Below, piece after piece: positions 15,481 through 36,700 of a stretch of DNA of 64,000 nt; position 1 is the first letter of the stretch; the number at the start of each line of letters is the position of its first letter. Both the position numbers and the translations under genes were made by a program. Under the pieces are notes generated by a model. That model was not told where the DNA came from, did not search any database, and saw nothing but the letters and a program-made list of their open reading frames with translations. Location: the NCBI GenBank assembly GCA_964016885.1, contig OZ024752.1, positions 2,604,001-2,668,000 on the forward strand, given 5' to 3'. The DNA is from Eledone cirrhosa. Lineage: Eukaryota.

Positions 15481-17869
15481 AAGAAAAATTGCAGTTATTA
15501 TTAAGGAGCGTTGACATCACTCCATGCAAAATTTCACAGCTCCAGCACCGCTCCATCATACCCAGCCTACGAGCGTTTCAGTGGTAAACACTTAACAATA
15601 TATGTGGTTTTTGAGCAAGATTTATTAGGAACTCTTCGATGCCAAACCATTGAGTTTGTATCACTACATTCGAATTTTATTGATTTCAGCAATTCGTTAG
15701 TTCTTTATTTTATTGATCCACAAACGGGAAAAAATAAATTAGACACGGCTTAGATTGAAACTGAAAATTGACTGAAATATAACCAAATATAAAGAATTTC
15801 ATCTGACTTTCGTTATTACTGGTTTGCTTATTTCCATTACAATAATTCCCATAGTCGCTTTAATAGATGCTGAGTTCAAACACGACTCACAATATCAAAT
15901 TCTCTTTTACGTAATACTGAGGAATAAAATAATTGTTTCTACTTTAGGCACAAGGCCAGCAATTACCCAGTACATTACTGAAAATAATATCAGTAATAAA
16001 CATTACATGGATCAAATTATTACAACGTTCTCCCATAAAACGTGTGTAAATGTGCTTAATATAAGTTTTAAAATAACAATAAAATAACTATATTTTTCTA
16101 GCATTCATCACCGCCTCTTTTTTATATATCCAAATCTATAGCGTCTGATGCGCTCTCCCAGTTTACAAAGAGTAGTGTATAATATGAAGAATATTTGGCT
16201 ACCATGTTTGTACAGGTCATGCCATCGCAAGTAGACTTTGTCTACTTTATGCGGTTTTTATTGATTTGTTTCTTGGATTTGCTACAATATTTGTGATAAG
16301 GATGCCTTTGATATTTTGCTATTGGAATTTTGGAGTGAGAGCTCTTATTGTATTTTATGTGTTCACGTAATGATTCTATTAGATTTGCCGATCACAGTTG
16401 ATTATATTGTTGTGGTGCCACCCGCTGATTGTGTTGTCATTGGCTTTTCTATTGTTCGTGGTAGAGACGAAATTGCAGTAGTTTATACTTTCTGCCAGTA
16501 CACATAAATTAATCGACTGAACAGTTCTATTTTATAGTTTACTTCAGGAAATAATTTAAAGATTGTAACCTCCTTACCTGTTTCCCGTGATTTGGATCAA
16601 ATTTTGAAAGGACGTAAAAATAACTGAATATCAGTAAAAATAGAAATATGGGCTAATGCGTAGTGCGCTTTCATCTCTGTGTGATAACTCAGCCTGGAGA
16701 GGTTAAGTTAGTGGGCATCTATCTATCTATTAGGGTGCTATCTATATTTTCTATGAGAGTCATTGTAACAACATTCACTACTTCAGTTAATCTATTACCA
16801 TGAGTCATGAACACTCGGATATATCACTTAGATCAAAGAATGGAAATATCTGAAAGAATAAGGTCATTTATCTGACCACATGAAAATAGAATGCTGTATT
16901 TTTTTCCGTTTCAATTAGATAAAATAAATGTTAATCTATCTATTTCTTACAATGCAATCGATGATAATCAGGGAAATAAATGGTCAGGACGAAATAAATG
17001 GTTTCAATGAAATAAATGTTCATAAAGATCAAATACGATTGTAATAAACAGTATCCCTCCATGATTGTTGAACCCTATCGACTTATAGGAGTTAAAAGAA
17101 AGGTTCTGATTGAAAAGGCATTCGTGGCATAACTGCAGTAAAATAGATTAAGAGATATGAAGTTAGAAGTGTACAATGAACATAATATATTATTTGCGCC
17201 GCTTATAGAATTGGCTAAAATAATCTAATCCTTTATTCATTAATTGTCTTTTGTTATTAGACTATGGTCATGTTGGGTGACTACTTTCAATGAATTTAGT
17301 GGGATACATCCGTACATTGTCCTCTAGCCTGGTACATATTTTCGTTCGCTACTTGTAAAAGCGTTAAAGTTAAACACACTCCCACATCTCTACAAAAACA
17401 GGCACACACGCACACAGACAAATATACATTCATAGACAGAAAAAAAATATATATATATGTATATGCGTGTGTGTGTACGAGATAAACTAAAAGAGAAAGA
17501 TAAACACTCCAATTTTAATTTTAATTTTGAAAATAATAAGAACTGTGAAGCTGTTAAAGTAACAACATATATATTCTTAAAAGATTAAAAGATTCCAGTT
17601 GCATTTTCAATTTTTTATCCTTCATACTTTTTACCCGTGTGGGACATCTTTTTAAGAAAACCTCATTTTCTTATTTATATATATATATATATACATATTT
17701 TATTTCCAGAAATACATTTTCTCTGTTAGTTGACCGGTCACTCTGGGGCTACAATAAAACCGATTTGACTTAGGTATTGCGCTGTCAAACAGAAGTTTAG
17801 TTCTTGTAGTCTTAACTAATATATAATATAATTTAACGTTACTGATGAGTTAATATCTATATACAGCAA

Positions 17870-19543
17870 CTACAACGGTACGCGATGAGGCCCACCCACA
17901 TCTCCGGCGGACAGAATGGAGAAGGCGTTTCCCCGGAGGACAGAATGGAGAAGGCGTTTCCCGGAGGACGGCAAGGGAGACGCGTTGGAAGAGCCACTCC
18001 AACTCGCGGGGCTCACACCTGCGGCTGGCCAGCTCAGCGCATATGGTGGTGAGTAAGGAGCTAGCCCTGGGGCTGAGGACACCAGATGTCTCCAATGCCA
18101 GGGGTACGACCGCAAACCTGTCGGAGAGCCACCGTTATTTGAGGAGTTTGGTCCCCTCATCCCGACGTGCAGCAGAACCTGGGTCAGTAGCAGCCTGCAC
18201 CAGGTTGCGGCTGCAGAAAGTGTCGGTGAAAGTGGCATCCCAGACGAGGGATTTGCCACCGCGGAACGGGAAGAGGGTTTGCCATCGGGATCGATCTGGG
18301 AAGGGAAGCCTGCAGCGACCAAGCCATGTTAAATGACCTCGTTGAGGGCAGCATGACGTGGAATGCGGCCGGCACTGTGGCGACAGGAAAGCGGGTGGTG
18401 GCCGAAATTGTCCACGGTGGAACCGCAGCGACATTGGTGTGGCTGGCAGATCCAGAGGCCGAGCCTCAGGGAAAGGCCGATGCGCAGGCTATGGTTGTCT
18501 AGCTGCGTGCCAGTGGAGAAGATAGGAAGGGCATGGAGCCAGGCCCCACTGTGGGGTTTGGAAACCGCACGAGAACAAGCAACGTGGTTCAGATCGAGCT
18601 GGCGCGTGAGCCTGTCTGAGGCCAGACTGCACTGGATGGCATCCCACCTGCGTTGGGGGGACTTGACCGCAACAGGGGGAGAATGAGGAGGAACATCTAC
18701 TAGTAACAGCCGATCCCACGTCTCACAGGCTGCCTCACGTTCTCTGAACACAGAGGGTTCTGTTGTGTTTTGAAGAACCCTGCTAACGAGGACGCGGCAC
18801 GAGGTTACCGTCGAAAGGTATGCCAGCAAAGCCAGTAGGATCGGGGACCGGAGGCCAAGGCTGCAATACCTGAGAGGTAAAGTGGCCTGTTGCCACCCTA
18901 TGTCGTCGAACTTGACGTTGCATATCTCATCGGCTGCTGCTCGGATACAAGTATCGAGGCCAGCGAGGAGAGATGTCTGGGTGTAGCAGGGAGCGCTGCA
19001 AGTGTATAGAGAAGCTTTGGCATGCGAAGCACTTCCTCAGCAGAAAGAGAGCTGGGCGGGCGTCGATCAAGCCCTGTCGGCTCGTGAGAGTCTGGAGCTG
19101 TTGAAGCCAGGACCTGATGGTGGAGCGGATGGCCGGGGGTGGATCGGTGACCCGAAGATGAGGACATCCTCTTTGGGGATCACCTGAACCTAACGGAGAA
19201 TGGACCGCATGTCCAAGACGGAGGCTGCAGAGCTCGCAGCATCGAGGCTGACATTCACCACCCTCAACTTGGCCGAGTTGACTTGGAGGCCGATTCCCGC
19301 CAGGGCAGGAACCACCGATTGAAGGTCATGGCACACCGTCCGTACAGGCCCGGCCAACGTAGCATCATCCAAATACCAAACGTTGAGAGGGGCCGTGATA
19401 GACCGGGCGATATGGTCAATACGGATGGCGAACAGGAGGGGTCCCAAAGGGTTGGACCCCAGTATAATGCTCGGGGCCCCATATGAAAGGTAGGCCCGCA
19501 TGTAGGCAGGGGAGGGGGCTCGGCTAAGGAAGGCCTCGAGCAA
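17870..19543 (-). mobile_element. CRE-clade non-LTR retrotransposon, 5'-truncated and frameshifted (RT, zinc knuckle, RLE)
   Basis: GC-rich island. Peptides PLGPLLF...NVWYLDDATL (RT), SGAWLHALP...LSLRLG...CRCG...GHHPLSC...RHAALN (CCHC region), PDG...TLFPFRGGKSLVWDATFTDTF and ETSGVL (RLE) are typical of CRE elements. Confidence 0.85.
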
Positions 19544-20407
19544 ATGATATTCATAATAAAAACAGGAGGCCTGTACCTATGACATTAATTTTCATAATTC
19601 ATCAATATTCATGTCATTTATATTGTTAAATCATTACTGTTGTATACAGTCATTTGACTATATCGTTGGTACGTATAATCGGAAGAGCGATAATGTAGTT
19701 ACACATTAGTCAATCCCCGTATTTTCATTTAACTTGAAATACAGCGGTTAGGATATCTTCATTTTGTTTATATTTGCTTCTAGCATTTTGAAGTGATTAA
19801 GGTATAAAATAAATGTTCATATTTTATTTCATTGGCAACAGTATATATCTCTATGTAATTTATAGTGTCATAAAACTCGAAAGCAACATTACATGAGACT
19901 CTGCATCGCTTTAATAGAGTAAATACTATATATTCCACTCAATCCTCTCGAATAGATTGACTTATGGTACAATGTATATGTGGAGCTATATCTTATCACA
20001 TTCATTCATATATTACTAGGAATTAATCATGGTTTGAACCAAATATTATCATGTTCTGAGATCACCCATAACTTACAATCTAGCCCTTTCAGAGAAAATA
20101 CAACGCTAAAGAATTCGAGATCTCTAGAGAAACAATGTAATATATAAGAATAATCAGTTGTGAATATATATATATATATATATATATATACACGGACATT
20201 TATACACACTAACTTGCAAGCACACACAGTGTCTCTATATCCATCTCCCATTCTCCCTTCTCTCTCTTTATATATATATATATATATATTGAAAACTGGG
20301 ACAGGAACAAAAACAGAGAGGCAGTACAAATAAAGGTTTATTAGTTTCATAAATATATATATATATATATATATTTAAAAGAACAGAGGTGAAACACACG
20401 AGTTGTG

Positions 20408-21677
20408 ATTAGTAAAAGGAAAAGAAAATGCTGACAAATTTTTCCCAGTGAAAAATAGTTTAATTAGGAATAAGTAAAAATTAGTAATTGTTTCTAATTT
20501 AGGCACAAGGCCAGTAATTACCCAGTGCATTACTGGTTCTTTATGTTATCGACCCCGTAAGGATGAAAGGCAAAGTCAACCTCGGCGGCATTTGAACTCA
20601 GATCGTAAAGGGACGTAACTATGATGGAAAGCATGGCGACCGACCCTCTACCGATACTGACAATCCACCGCCCTTTTTTCACATAAAACGTAAACATTTT
20701 TCACGTAAAAATTAGTAATAAGTATCGGTTAGTATTCAGTTTTAGTTTTATGTTTTTACCGGTTGCGCATTTCTAATGCTTTTCAAAAATAATTTTGAGA
20801 TATAGCGCCCGTGATGTTTGCTCTAATCTGATCAGTTTGGGAAATTCTACCTGTTTTATGTGAAAAAGGTGGCTCCAGAGGTATTAAGATTTGGTTGGTT
20901 GTTGAATGTCACGTGAATGAGTACTATAAGTTTCGCGCCAATTCCTGTTGCAAAAATACTTGTAGTCAAAACAAATTTGATTGGTCGGCAGAGGTCACGT
21001 GAATGTTAAAAATTGATTTTGCGCCAAATGTAGGTTTGTCGAAGAGTGTCCTTTTTCGCCTGATTGAGAAGTCACTGAAAAATAAGTCTTTTAAGACAAA
21101 TATGTGTGTGTGTGTGTGTAGCAAAGAGGTTCATTGTTGTGATAGTGGTCAGTAGGGATGTGTGTGTGAATTGCAGTGATGTAGAAAGGTCAACAGTTCA
21201 GGTGACTATTAAGACAAATGTGTGTGTGTGTGGCAGAGTGGTTCATGGTAGTGTGTCTGTACGTGTGTGGGGGATATTTTTACATGTTGAAAGATATTTT
21301 GCAGCTCTTGTCTTATACGGAGAGTGTGTGTGTGTGTGTGTGTAAATGTCTGTTTGTATGTTAGTGTACGCATGTGTATGTGTGTGTATATGTGTGTGTA
21401 TGTGTGTGTATGTGTGGATGGTCCAGTATTTTTGTGATACTGGTAAAAATGGTGTACATTATTCGATATTTTCAGTAATTTGCAAAAACGATTCTCTCAA
21501 AAGAACATCAAAGGGCTGCAATGATGTATAGTATTGTCATAACACCAGAAATGCGCATCCGGTAAAAACTTAAAACTAAAACTGAATACTAACCAATACT
21601 TATTAGTAATTTTTACTTATTCCTAATTAAACTATTTTTCACTGGGAAAAATTTGTCACCATTTTATTTTCCTTTTA

Positions 21678-21682
<5 letters not shown>
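20408..21682. repeat. Element bounded by about 135 bp inverted arms; left arm split by a SINE
   Basis: 20408-20488 plus 20720-20774 is the reverse complement of 21547-21682 at about 95% identity. The right end abuts (TA)n. Confidence 0.85.
20489..20672 (-). mobile_element. Full-length Meta-domain SINE with 15 bp target-site duplication
   Basis: tRNA-like head and B box gagttcaaatgcc; TSD gtaaaaattagtaat at 20474-20488 and 20705-20719. Confidence 0.9.
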
Positions 21683-21736
<54 letters not shown>

Positions 21737-21803
21737 CACGATTTTACTATTTCCCAATTATATATATATATATATATTTGTATAGTATATATTTATATAT
21801 ATA

Positions 21804-21979
21804 ATATAAGGGAAATACGTGCGCCAGGCAGTAACCGGTGGCATGAACAGAAGAAGCTGCTAGAGAAGGCAGCCCCTACTGTTCAATTTATGGTGCTCGA
21901 CAGCAGAGAGAATGAATCTCTAGAAGCTTATTCTCTTCATGTCACCGGTTACTGCCTCGCGCACGTATTTCCCTTATAT
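21804..21979. repeat. Long hairpin (about 63 bp arms, 50 bp loop)
   Basis: atataagggaaatacgtgcg..aggcagtaaccggtggcatgaa...tagaga pairs with tctcta...ttcatgtcaccggttactgcct.cgcacgtatttcccttatat. Confidence 0.9.
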
Positions 21980-22046
21980 TTACACGTGCTACAGGTTGTT
22001 TATTATAGTGATCTCTCTCTAATAGTGCGGACAACATCCGTCTCTC

Positions 22047-22127
22047 CACATGCTATTGACGACCCACAGGGCCGAATTGGAACCCAGTAAAATGGCGAAA
22101 CAATCACTTCGTGAGTTTGTACATGTG
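22047..22127 (+). ncRNA. Type I hammerhead-like motif with extended stem III and a disrupted core
   Basis: cacatg-CT(att)GACGA-ccca...tggc-GAAA-caatcacttcgtgagtttgT-A-catgtg; stem I is cacatg/catgtg and stem III includes tcac/gtga. Confidence 0.55.
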
Positions 22128-22567
22128 TGATCTAGGTATGAGGTTGGTTTTTCATTTTAATTTCTTCTTTTAATTTTAATGTTTTCCCTATGCCTCTATT
22201 AGATTATATTTTCTTCACACTGGCGGTTTGACATTTCTATAAAGGAAAACACACTCGTATGTGTGTTTGCCCTCTATATATATAGAATTGTGTGTATATA
22301 TGTATAAGTATATGTTGATCTTATACAAGCTTCTACATAATCTGGTATAATTTCACCCAACTTGTAGAAATATTATAATGAACCGAGTTGTCTGGGAAGT
22401 GATATATTTGATATATCTCATATGAAATGATACAGCCAATTCTCCAGACAATGCAATATAGTTAGCACCCCGAACGTTTAATTAGTAATATACTCAGATA
22501 TTTCCTAATGTTTGTTGAGTGAGTTGAAATTTTGCAGGAGTATCGCTAAGACCTTTCTACGTGTATG

Positions 22568-22633
<66 letters not shown>

Positions 22634-23280
22634 TATATATATATATAGTATTAATTAACTAACTGGATTGTCAAACGCTCAATATCGAATTGTCGTGGAT
22701 TATGTGAGGGGCATATAATCTGAAAAATACACTCCCCTGACCATGAAAATGTCGAAGTACATGAAGTCAATATCATCCCTTCGCGGTGCATTTCCAATAC
22801 TTTTAATATTTTTAATGCTTGCACTATTTTTAATGCTTATATCATTTCTCCACACACAGACTATAACAATCATATAAAGAATTTGCCACCAGATCAACCA
22901 ACCTAACACTCTTGTTTACCTACCTAAGTGCTTCTACTACACGTACCTCTCTGCCACACTATATAAACAAGATGCACGTGCTTGCTACACATATAACATT
23001 TGCACTATATAACCGCTTATTTTCATGTATTTTAACCTGTATTTTTGATTTTTGATTGTACATTTTAATATGAATGTAATCTCTAAGTGTGTACTGCCAC
23101 TCTAAATGCTGTAACGAATGTTGACCCACAATATTTGCATATGAATCTGTATGTCTCTTGGGTGAAAAGGAGGTCATATAATTGTCCATTCATTAATACA
23201 TTGCTCCGAAGAACCCAAACATCGGTTTGGAGGAAACAGTTGTAAGCACAAACATGTTTTGAACAGTTCTTTGATTCTTA

Positions 23281-31268
<7,988 letters not shown>

Positions 31269-32013
31269 GATGTTTGTTTCAGGGTCGTAAAAACTCTGGA
31301 AGTTTTGTTCGTATTCGATGGGTTTTATCGCATTACGAGCATAAAGTTTTGCGTTTTCATGACTGGAGGAAAGGAAAAAATAAACATTCTTCATTGAAGA
31401 ATGAAAGACGAAGGGAAAGAAAATAAAGCTTAGAGAGAGGAATAGAGTGAAATGAAGTGAGAGCAGGTGAGTTATGAAGACATAAACATGTTGGTATGCA
31501 AATGAAACATATACCTCGTAATTGACAGCTGGATTTGAAATAAAACAGAAGATAGCGAATAGTTTCTGTGATAGCTCCAAACGGTTGGTGCTTTAAACGA
31601 AAAAATGAAAAGAAATAAACGCTAGAAATAAAAAGATTGAAGCAAAGGAAGAACTAAGAACTATAGAACACATATCGATTGATAGGAACAGCAATAAAGC
31701 ATCTTTAGTTCAATTGGTATTAACTAAAGCGTCTCTGTAGTGTTTGTCACACCGAGTATGTAGATGTCAATAATGTCGTATATATTGTATATGGAATATA
31801 AATATAGGCATACACTTCTGAAGATCTATGGAGATATCCTTATGTGGACAACACGATTTGTATATATGTATGAGAGAGAGAAATTGAGAAAGAGCGAGTG
31901 ACGAAAATTGACGAATGAGAGAATTATATATATATACATATAAATAAAAGAATATAAATATCTCTTTCTTAGAGCTATTTTGTTGTAGGAGACTATTTTG
32001 AGTTCCTAACTCA

Positions 32014-32056
32014 ATATATACATTTAATATATATATATATATATATATATGGATAT

Positions 32057-32091
<35 letters not shown>

Positions 32092-32152
32092 TATATATAT
32101 ATCTATATATATATATATATATCTATATATATATATATATATATATATATAG

Positions 32153-32187
<35 letters not shown>

Positions 32188-32205
32188 TATGTGTATATAT
32201 ATATA

Positions 32206-32270
<65 letters not shown>

Positions 32271-32358
32271 ATATATATATATATATATGTGTGTATATAT
32301 ATATATATATATGTGTATATATATATATATATATATAGATATGTATATATATATATAT

Positions 32359-32397
<39 letters not shown>
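32014..32397. repeat. Interrupted (TA)n array
   Basis: Direct inspection. Confidence 0.97.
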
Positions 32398-32399
<2 letters not shown>

Positions 32400-32988
32400 T
32401 ATGGTGTTGGTGTAGAGCAGTGATATCAGGTCCACTATCCTCTTGGGGATTCCATAAGCCTGTAAGATCTTCATCAGGCACTAACGGTCCACAGAATCAA
32501 AGGCCTTCCTAAAGTCAATGAAAACCATGACCGCAGGAAGGCACTTTGCTCTAGCTCCCTCTAATATCCTCCTCAGCATCAGGATGTGACTGATGGTTGA
32601 AGTCGTGACTGAAGCCGTTCTGGTTGTCCCTGAGCTTCTTCTCCATCTCAGGCTGGATCCTGTTAAGAATCATCCTGTTGAGGGTCTTTGCAACAAGTGA
32701 CGTCAGTGAGATCCCCCGGTAGTTGTTGGTGTTAGAGAGATCTCCCTTCTTTGGCACTGGGACGATGTTACTGATCCTCCAACTCCTTTCTCCAGTGCCC
32801 CGTTACAGAACCCCAGGATGATATCATCAAAATCACACCTCTTCATCACCTCTGATGCCACTCCATCTTCTCCATGAGCCTTGCGCTCCTTGATCTTCTT
32901 CTTGGCTCTCTGAAGCTCCTCTCTGGTGAAGGGCTCTGTCTCAACATCCAGTTCCTCAAACAGCCCCGTTATCTCCCCAGTGCTCTGT
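32398..32988 (-). mobile_element. Inverted 5' segment of an RTE/RTE-X LINE (N-terminal RT region)
   Basis: [43 protein letters not shown] and [15 protein letters not shown] on the minus strand; colinear with 43114-43715. Confidence 0.9.
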
Positions 32989-33942
32989 CATTACACCTCA
33001 TGGGATGACAGAGTTCTTTGAGATACTGGCTGGAGTGCTCCAGGGAGGTACATTGGCTCCCTACCTTTTTAGCATCGTAGTGGACTATTGTATGCGCCTT
33101 GCACTGGAGAAACACCAGGACTCTGGCTTTACTGTAGCACCGGCTCAGAGCAGGAGAGTTGGGGCGAAAAAGGTATCGGATGCTGAATTTGCCGACGACA
33201 TAGTTTTGGTGACAAATACAGTGAAGGAGGCAGAGGATTTGATGCGGGAGGTTGAGACTGTGTCGATGAGTGTGGGGTTGAGAATGAATGAGACTAAAAC
33301 AAAATATCTGGTAGAGAATGTTGAGAAGCCTGAGGGGATCACTAATGTAGGCGGGAAGCCGCTGGAATTGGAAGAGGACTTCCTGTATTTGGGAGCAAAG
33401 ATTGGGAATACGGAAGATGATGTGGTTGAGAGGAAGAGCAAGACCTGGGCGGCGTGTCACAGCTTGAGATCGGTGTGGAAGTCGGACCTTCGTAGAGACC
33501 TGAAAATCCGCCTCTTCATTGCTCTAGTGGAGTATGTGCTGCTGTATGGGTCTGAGACTTGGACACTGACCAAGAAACTCACTCAGATGGTGGATGGGTG
33601 CTACACGAGAATGCTGAGGATGGCTCTGAACATTAATCAGTATACACTGAGGATGAAAAACTCAGAGCTGTATGGGAGCATCCCAAAAGTCAGCTCAAAA
33701 GTGACACAGAGGAGACTGAGGTTGGCTGGACATGCTCACCGACATCCAGAGTTGACATTGCACTCAGTGCCCCTTTGGGTGCCCCTACATGGACACACTA
33801 GAAGAGGAAGACCAAGGTTAACATATGTTGATGCCCTAAGGACAGACACTGGTCTGTTGGAGATGCAGGATATGACAGCGATAATGAGGGACAGAGATCA
33901 CTGGAGAGAACTCGTCCATGGATCTCGGGAATTTTACCCGCC
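32987..33942 (+). mobile_element. 3' segment of an RTE/RTE-X LINE (RT C-half, open frame)
   Basis: GVLQGGTLAPYLF, FADDIVL, FLYLG, LLYGSETWTLT, RLRLAGH, LWVPLHG..RRGRP; the frame runs into (TA)n. Confidence 0.92.
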
Positions 33943-34089
<147 letters not shown>

Positions 34090-34217
34090 TACATACATGT
34101 GAGAATTTGTGTGCGTCAAATTATGTGTCTGTATCTGAACGGGTGATGTTATCACTAAATATAATAACATTAGTAGAAAGTACTCACTACATACAATATT
34201 AACAATAACAGTAATAA

Positions 34218-34400
34218 TTGTTTCTACTTTAGGCACAAGGCCAGCAATAACCCAGTTCATTACTGGTACTTTATTTTATCGACCCCGTAAGGATGAAAGG
34301 CAAAGTCAACCTCGGCGGGATTTGAACTCAGATCGTAAAGGGACGTAACTATGCTGTAAAGCATGGCGTCCGACCTTCTACCGATACTGCCAATCCACCA
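34218..34400 (-). mobile_element. Meta-domain SINE
   Basis: Near-identical to 20489-20672. Confidence 0.88.
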
Positions 34401-35609
34401 TATTAACCAAACCACATCAGCTAATATAAATGTTATTTTTTCCATTTTCCAGTTTTGCGTAACTGGAACTGACCAGTTTATTATTAATTCATATTTCAAC
34501 AATGATAGAAACATAACATATTTTATCAAACCTGTTTGGTATCTGACATTCAACACGATATGTTCAAACGGAAAACTGCTCGAAGCAGGAAAATGGTTTG
34601 ATGTCAGCACAAAAAACAAGAATTCAATATAACACAAAAAAGGCAAATAATTAATATTTTGAAATAAAACATAGTAATATACATCTGTTATTCTAATACG
34701 AATATGAATGATATGCTTAAATGGTTTACACCATCGTCCGCATCCAGAACATGTGACACGAATAAAAAATATTTACAGAAATCTATGAGGCATGGAGGGG
34801 AAGTCCTACTGTATTCACACAATATTATCACCAATGAAGTGGGTAGTCATGAACATTTCAACCATTTAGAACCCCAGAACGCATTATTTGAAGATGAATG
34901 CTTGGTTTCTATATTTAGCAGAATAATCGTCTCTGCGCTATTACCGTTTATTAAATTGATGTCAAGGACATTGACATAAATACTCATACGGGTGCGTCAA
35001 CCCATCGCCAACCACTCTGCATCCAGTTCTAATTCTCGATGCTAAGTGAGAATATACTCAGACAGTGTTATGATCATTACTGAAAAGATCAATAAACCTT
35101 TATTTCTCGAGCTGAGTTTCTCACCCTGCAAAATTGCCCAATCAGTGGAGCTTGTGACAGAGAGAAATGTTTGCCCTTTATTATAAGTTGGCCAAGTGCT
35201 TAGAGGCCCGAAGGAAGTGAAATCATTTCAGATATGTAACGTAGATTTTACAAAAAAGTCATTTTGTGAAATGTATTTTTCGAGTACATATAACAACAAC
35301 AGGACGAAGAGAATGCAACATTATTAACGCCGTGTAACTTTTCTTTTGTTCCCCGATTCTATGTGTCATTTCCTCGTTAGTTTTATCCCATTATTATGCG
35401 AAAATACTATTATTCAATCAGAAGTTTGGTTTTGTGGTCAGGAGATTGACATTTCAAAATGTTCATATTTTTCAAGAAAACACACATTTCTTTTTTAATT
35501 TATCAGTTCATATAATTAAATCAACATATTATATATTTATTTTATTACACAAGCTTATCAAAAGCAAACAAGTAAAAACAAATAACACATATAAAGCAAC
35601 TTATACACG

Positions 35610-36700
35610 TCAGAAATGACTGAATTTACTGGATTTGCGGTTGTAGTCCAGGTCGCATTCCCGCACTAGTCCCCAGATATAGTCCCCCATCATTCTTTCA
35701 TTGTAGTGGCCCTGGTACCTCCGCTCTATCTGCTTCACATCTTGGTGGAATCGTTCGCCTTGTTCTTCTGAGTAGGCGCCCATATTGTCCTTGAATTTTT
35801 CCAGGTGAACGTCCAGCATATGGACTTTAAGCGACATCCTGTATCCCATGGCGCCAAAAGGCTTTAGCAGATCCTGCACCAGTTGCTGGTAGTTTTCAGC
35901 TCTGTAGTTGCCCAGGAAGCCCTTAACAACTGCTTTGAAACCATTCCATACTATTCTCTCAATCCTATTGAGCTTATTGGAGAACTCGGTAGACTCAAAC
36001 ACCTTTTTTATCTGACGTCCAACAAAAATTCCACCTTTGATTTTGGCCTCAGATAGCGTGGGGAATAACTCAAGAAGGTACTTAAAAGCGGCTGATTCTT
36101 ATTTGAGAGCCTTCACAAACTGCTTCATCAACCCCAACTTAATGTGCAGTGGCGGCATAAACACAATGCTGGGATCAACCAGTGGCTCCCACATGACGTT
36201 ATGGGTCCCAACTAAAAATTCTGTTCACTGCTCCCAGTTCTTTCTGTTGTAGTGGTCAGAGGTGGCTCTGCTGTCCCAAAGGCAAAGGGAGCATTGGAAT
36301 TTGATAAAGCCTCCTTGGAGTCCAAGCAGGAAAGCCACCATCTTGAAGTCTCCAATGATTTCCCAATTGTACTGGTTGTATTGCAGGGCTTCCAAGAGGA
36401 CTTTCAGACTGTCGTAATCTTCCTTCATGCAGCATGAATGGGCTAGGGGCATTGTCGGGAACTTGTTTCCATTGTGGAGGAGGACAGCCTTCAAACTGGT
36501 GATGGAGCTGTCTATAAATAGCCAGCACTCCTTGGGCACAAACGGCACCCCAATAACGTCAAACAGTCCAGGCACGTTATGGCAGAAGCAGAGTCCATCT
36601 CTAAGAGTGTAAAAGCCTGAGAAAGGTTTGTGTCGACTTCTCTGACTTGTCACCTGCATTTCCTATTTGACCAAGTTCCACTGCTTCATCTTGGAGACGA
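35610..36700 (-). pseudogene. DDE transposase pseudogene, CMC superfamily (Chapaev3-like)
   Basis: Motifs LFIDSS.TSLKAVLLHNGN, GDFKMVAFLLGLQGGFIKFQCSLCLWDSRA, PPLHIKLGLMKQFVKAL, MSLKVHMLDVHL and SEEQGERFHQD are split over stops and frameshifts. The Chapaev3 label is from recalled family motifs. Confidence 0.8.

Noticed and set aside
17841-17860. CTGATGAG next to the CRE 3' end
   Set aside because: No downstream GAAA or stems on either side of the element.
18043-19486. Plus-strand ORFs in the GC-rich island
   Set aside because: Antisense shadows of the CRE coding sequence.
17230-19760. Decayed copies of another common interspersed repeat near 17230-17380 and 19630-19750
   Set aside because: The resemblance is from memory only and is too degenerate to delimit.
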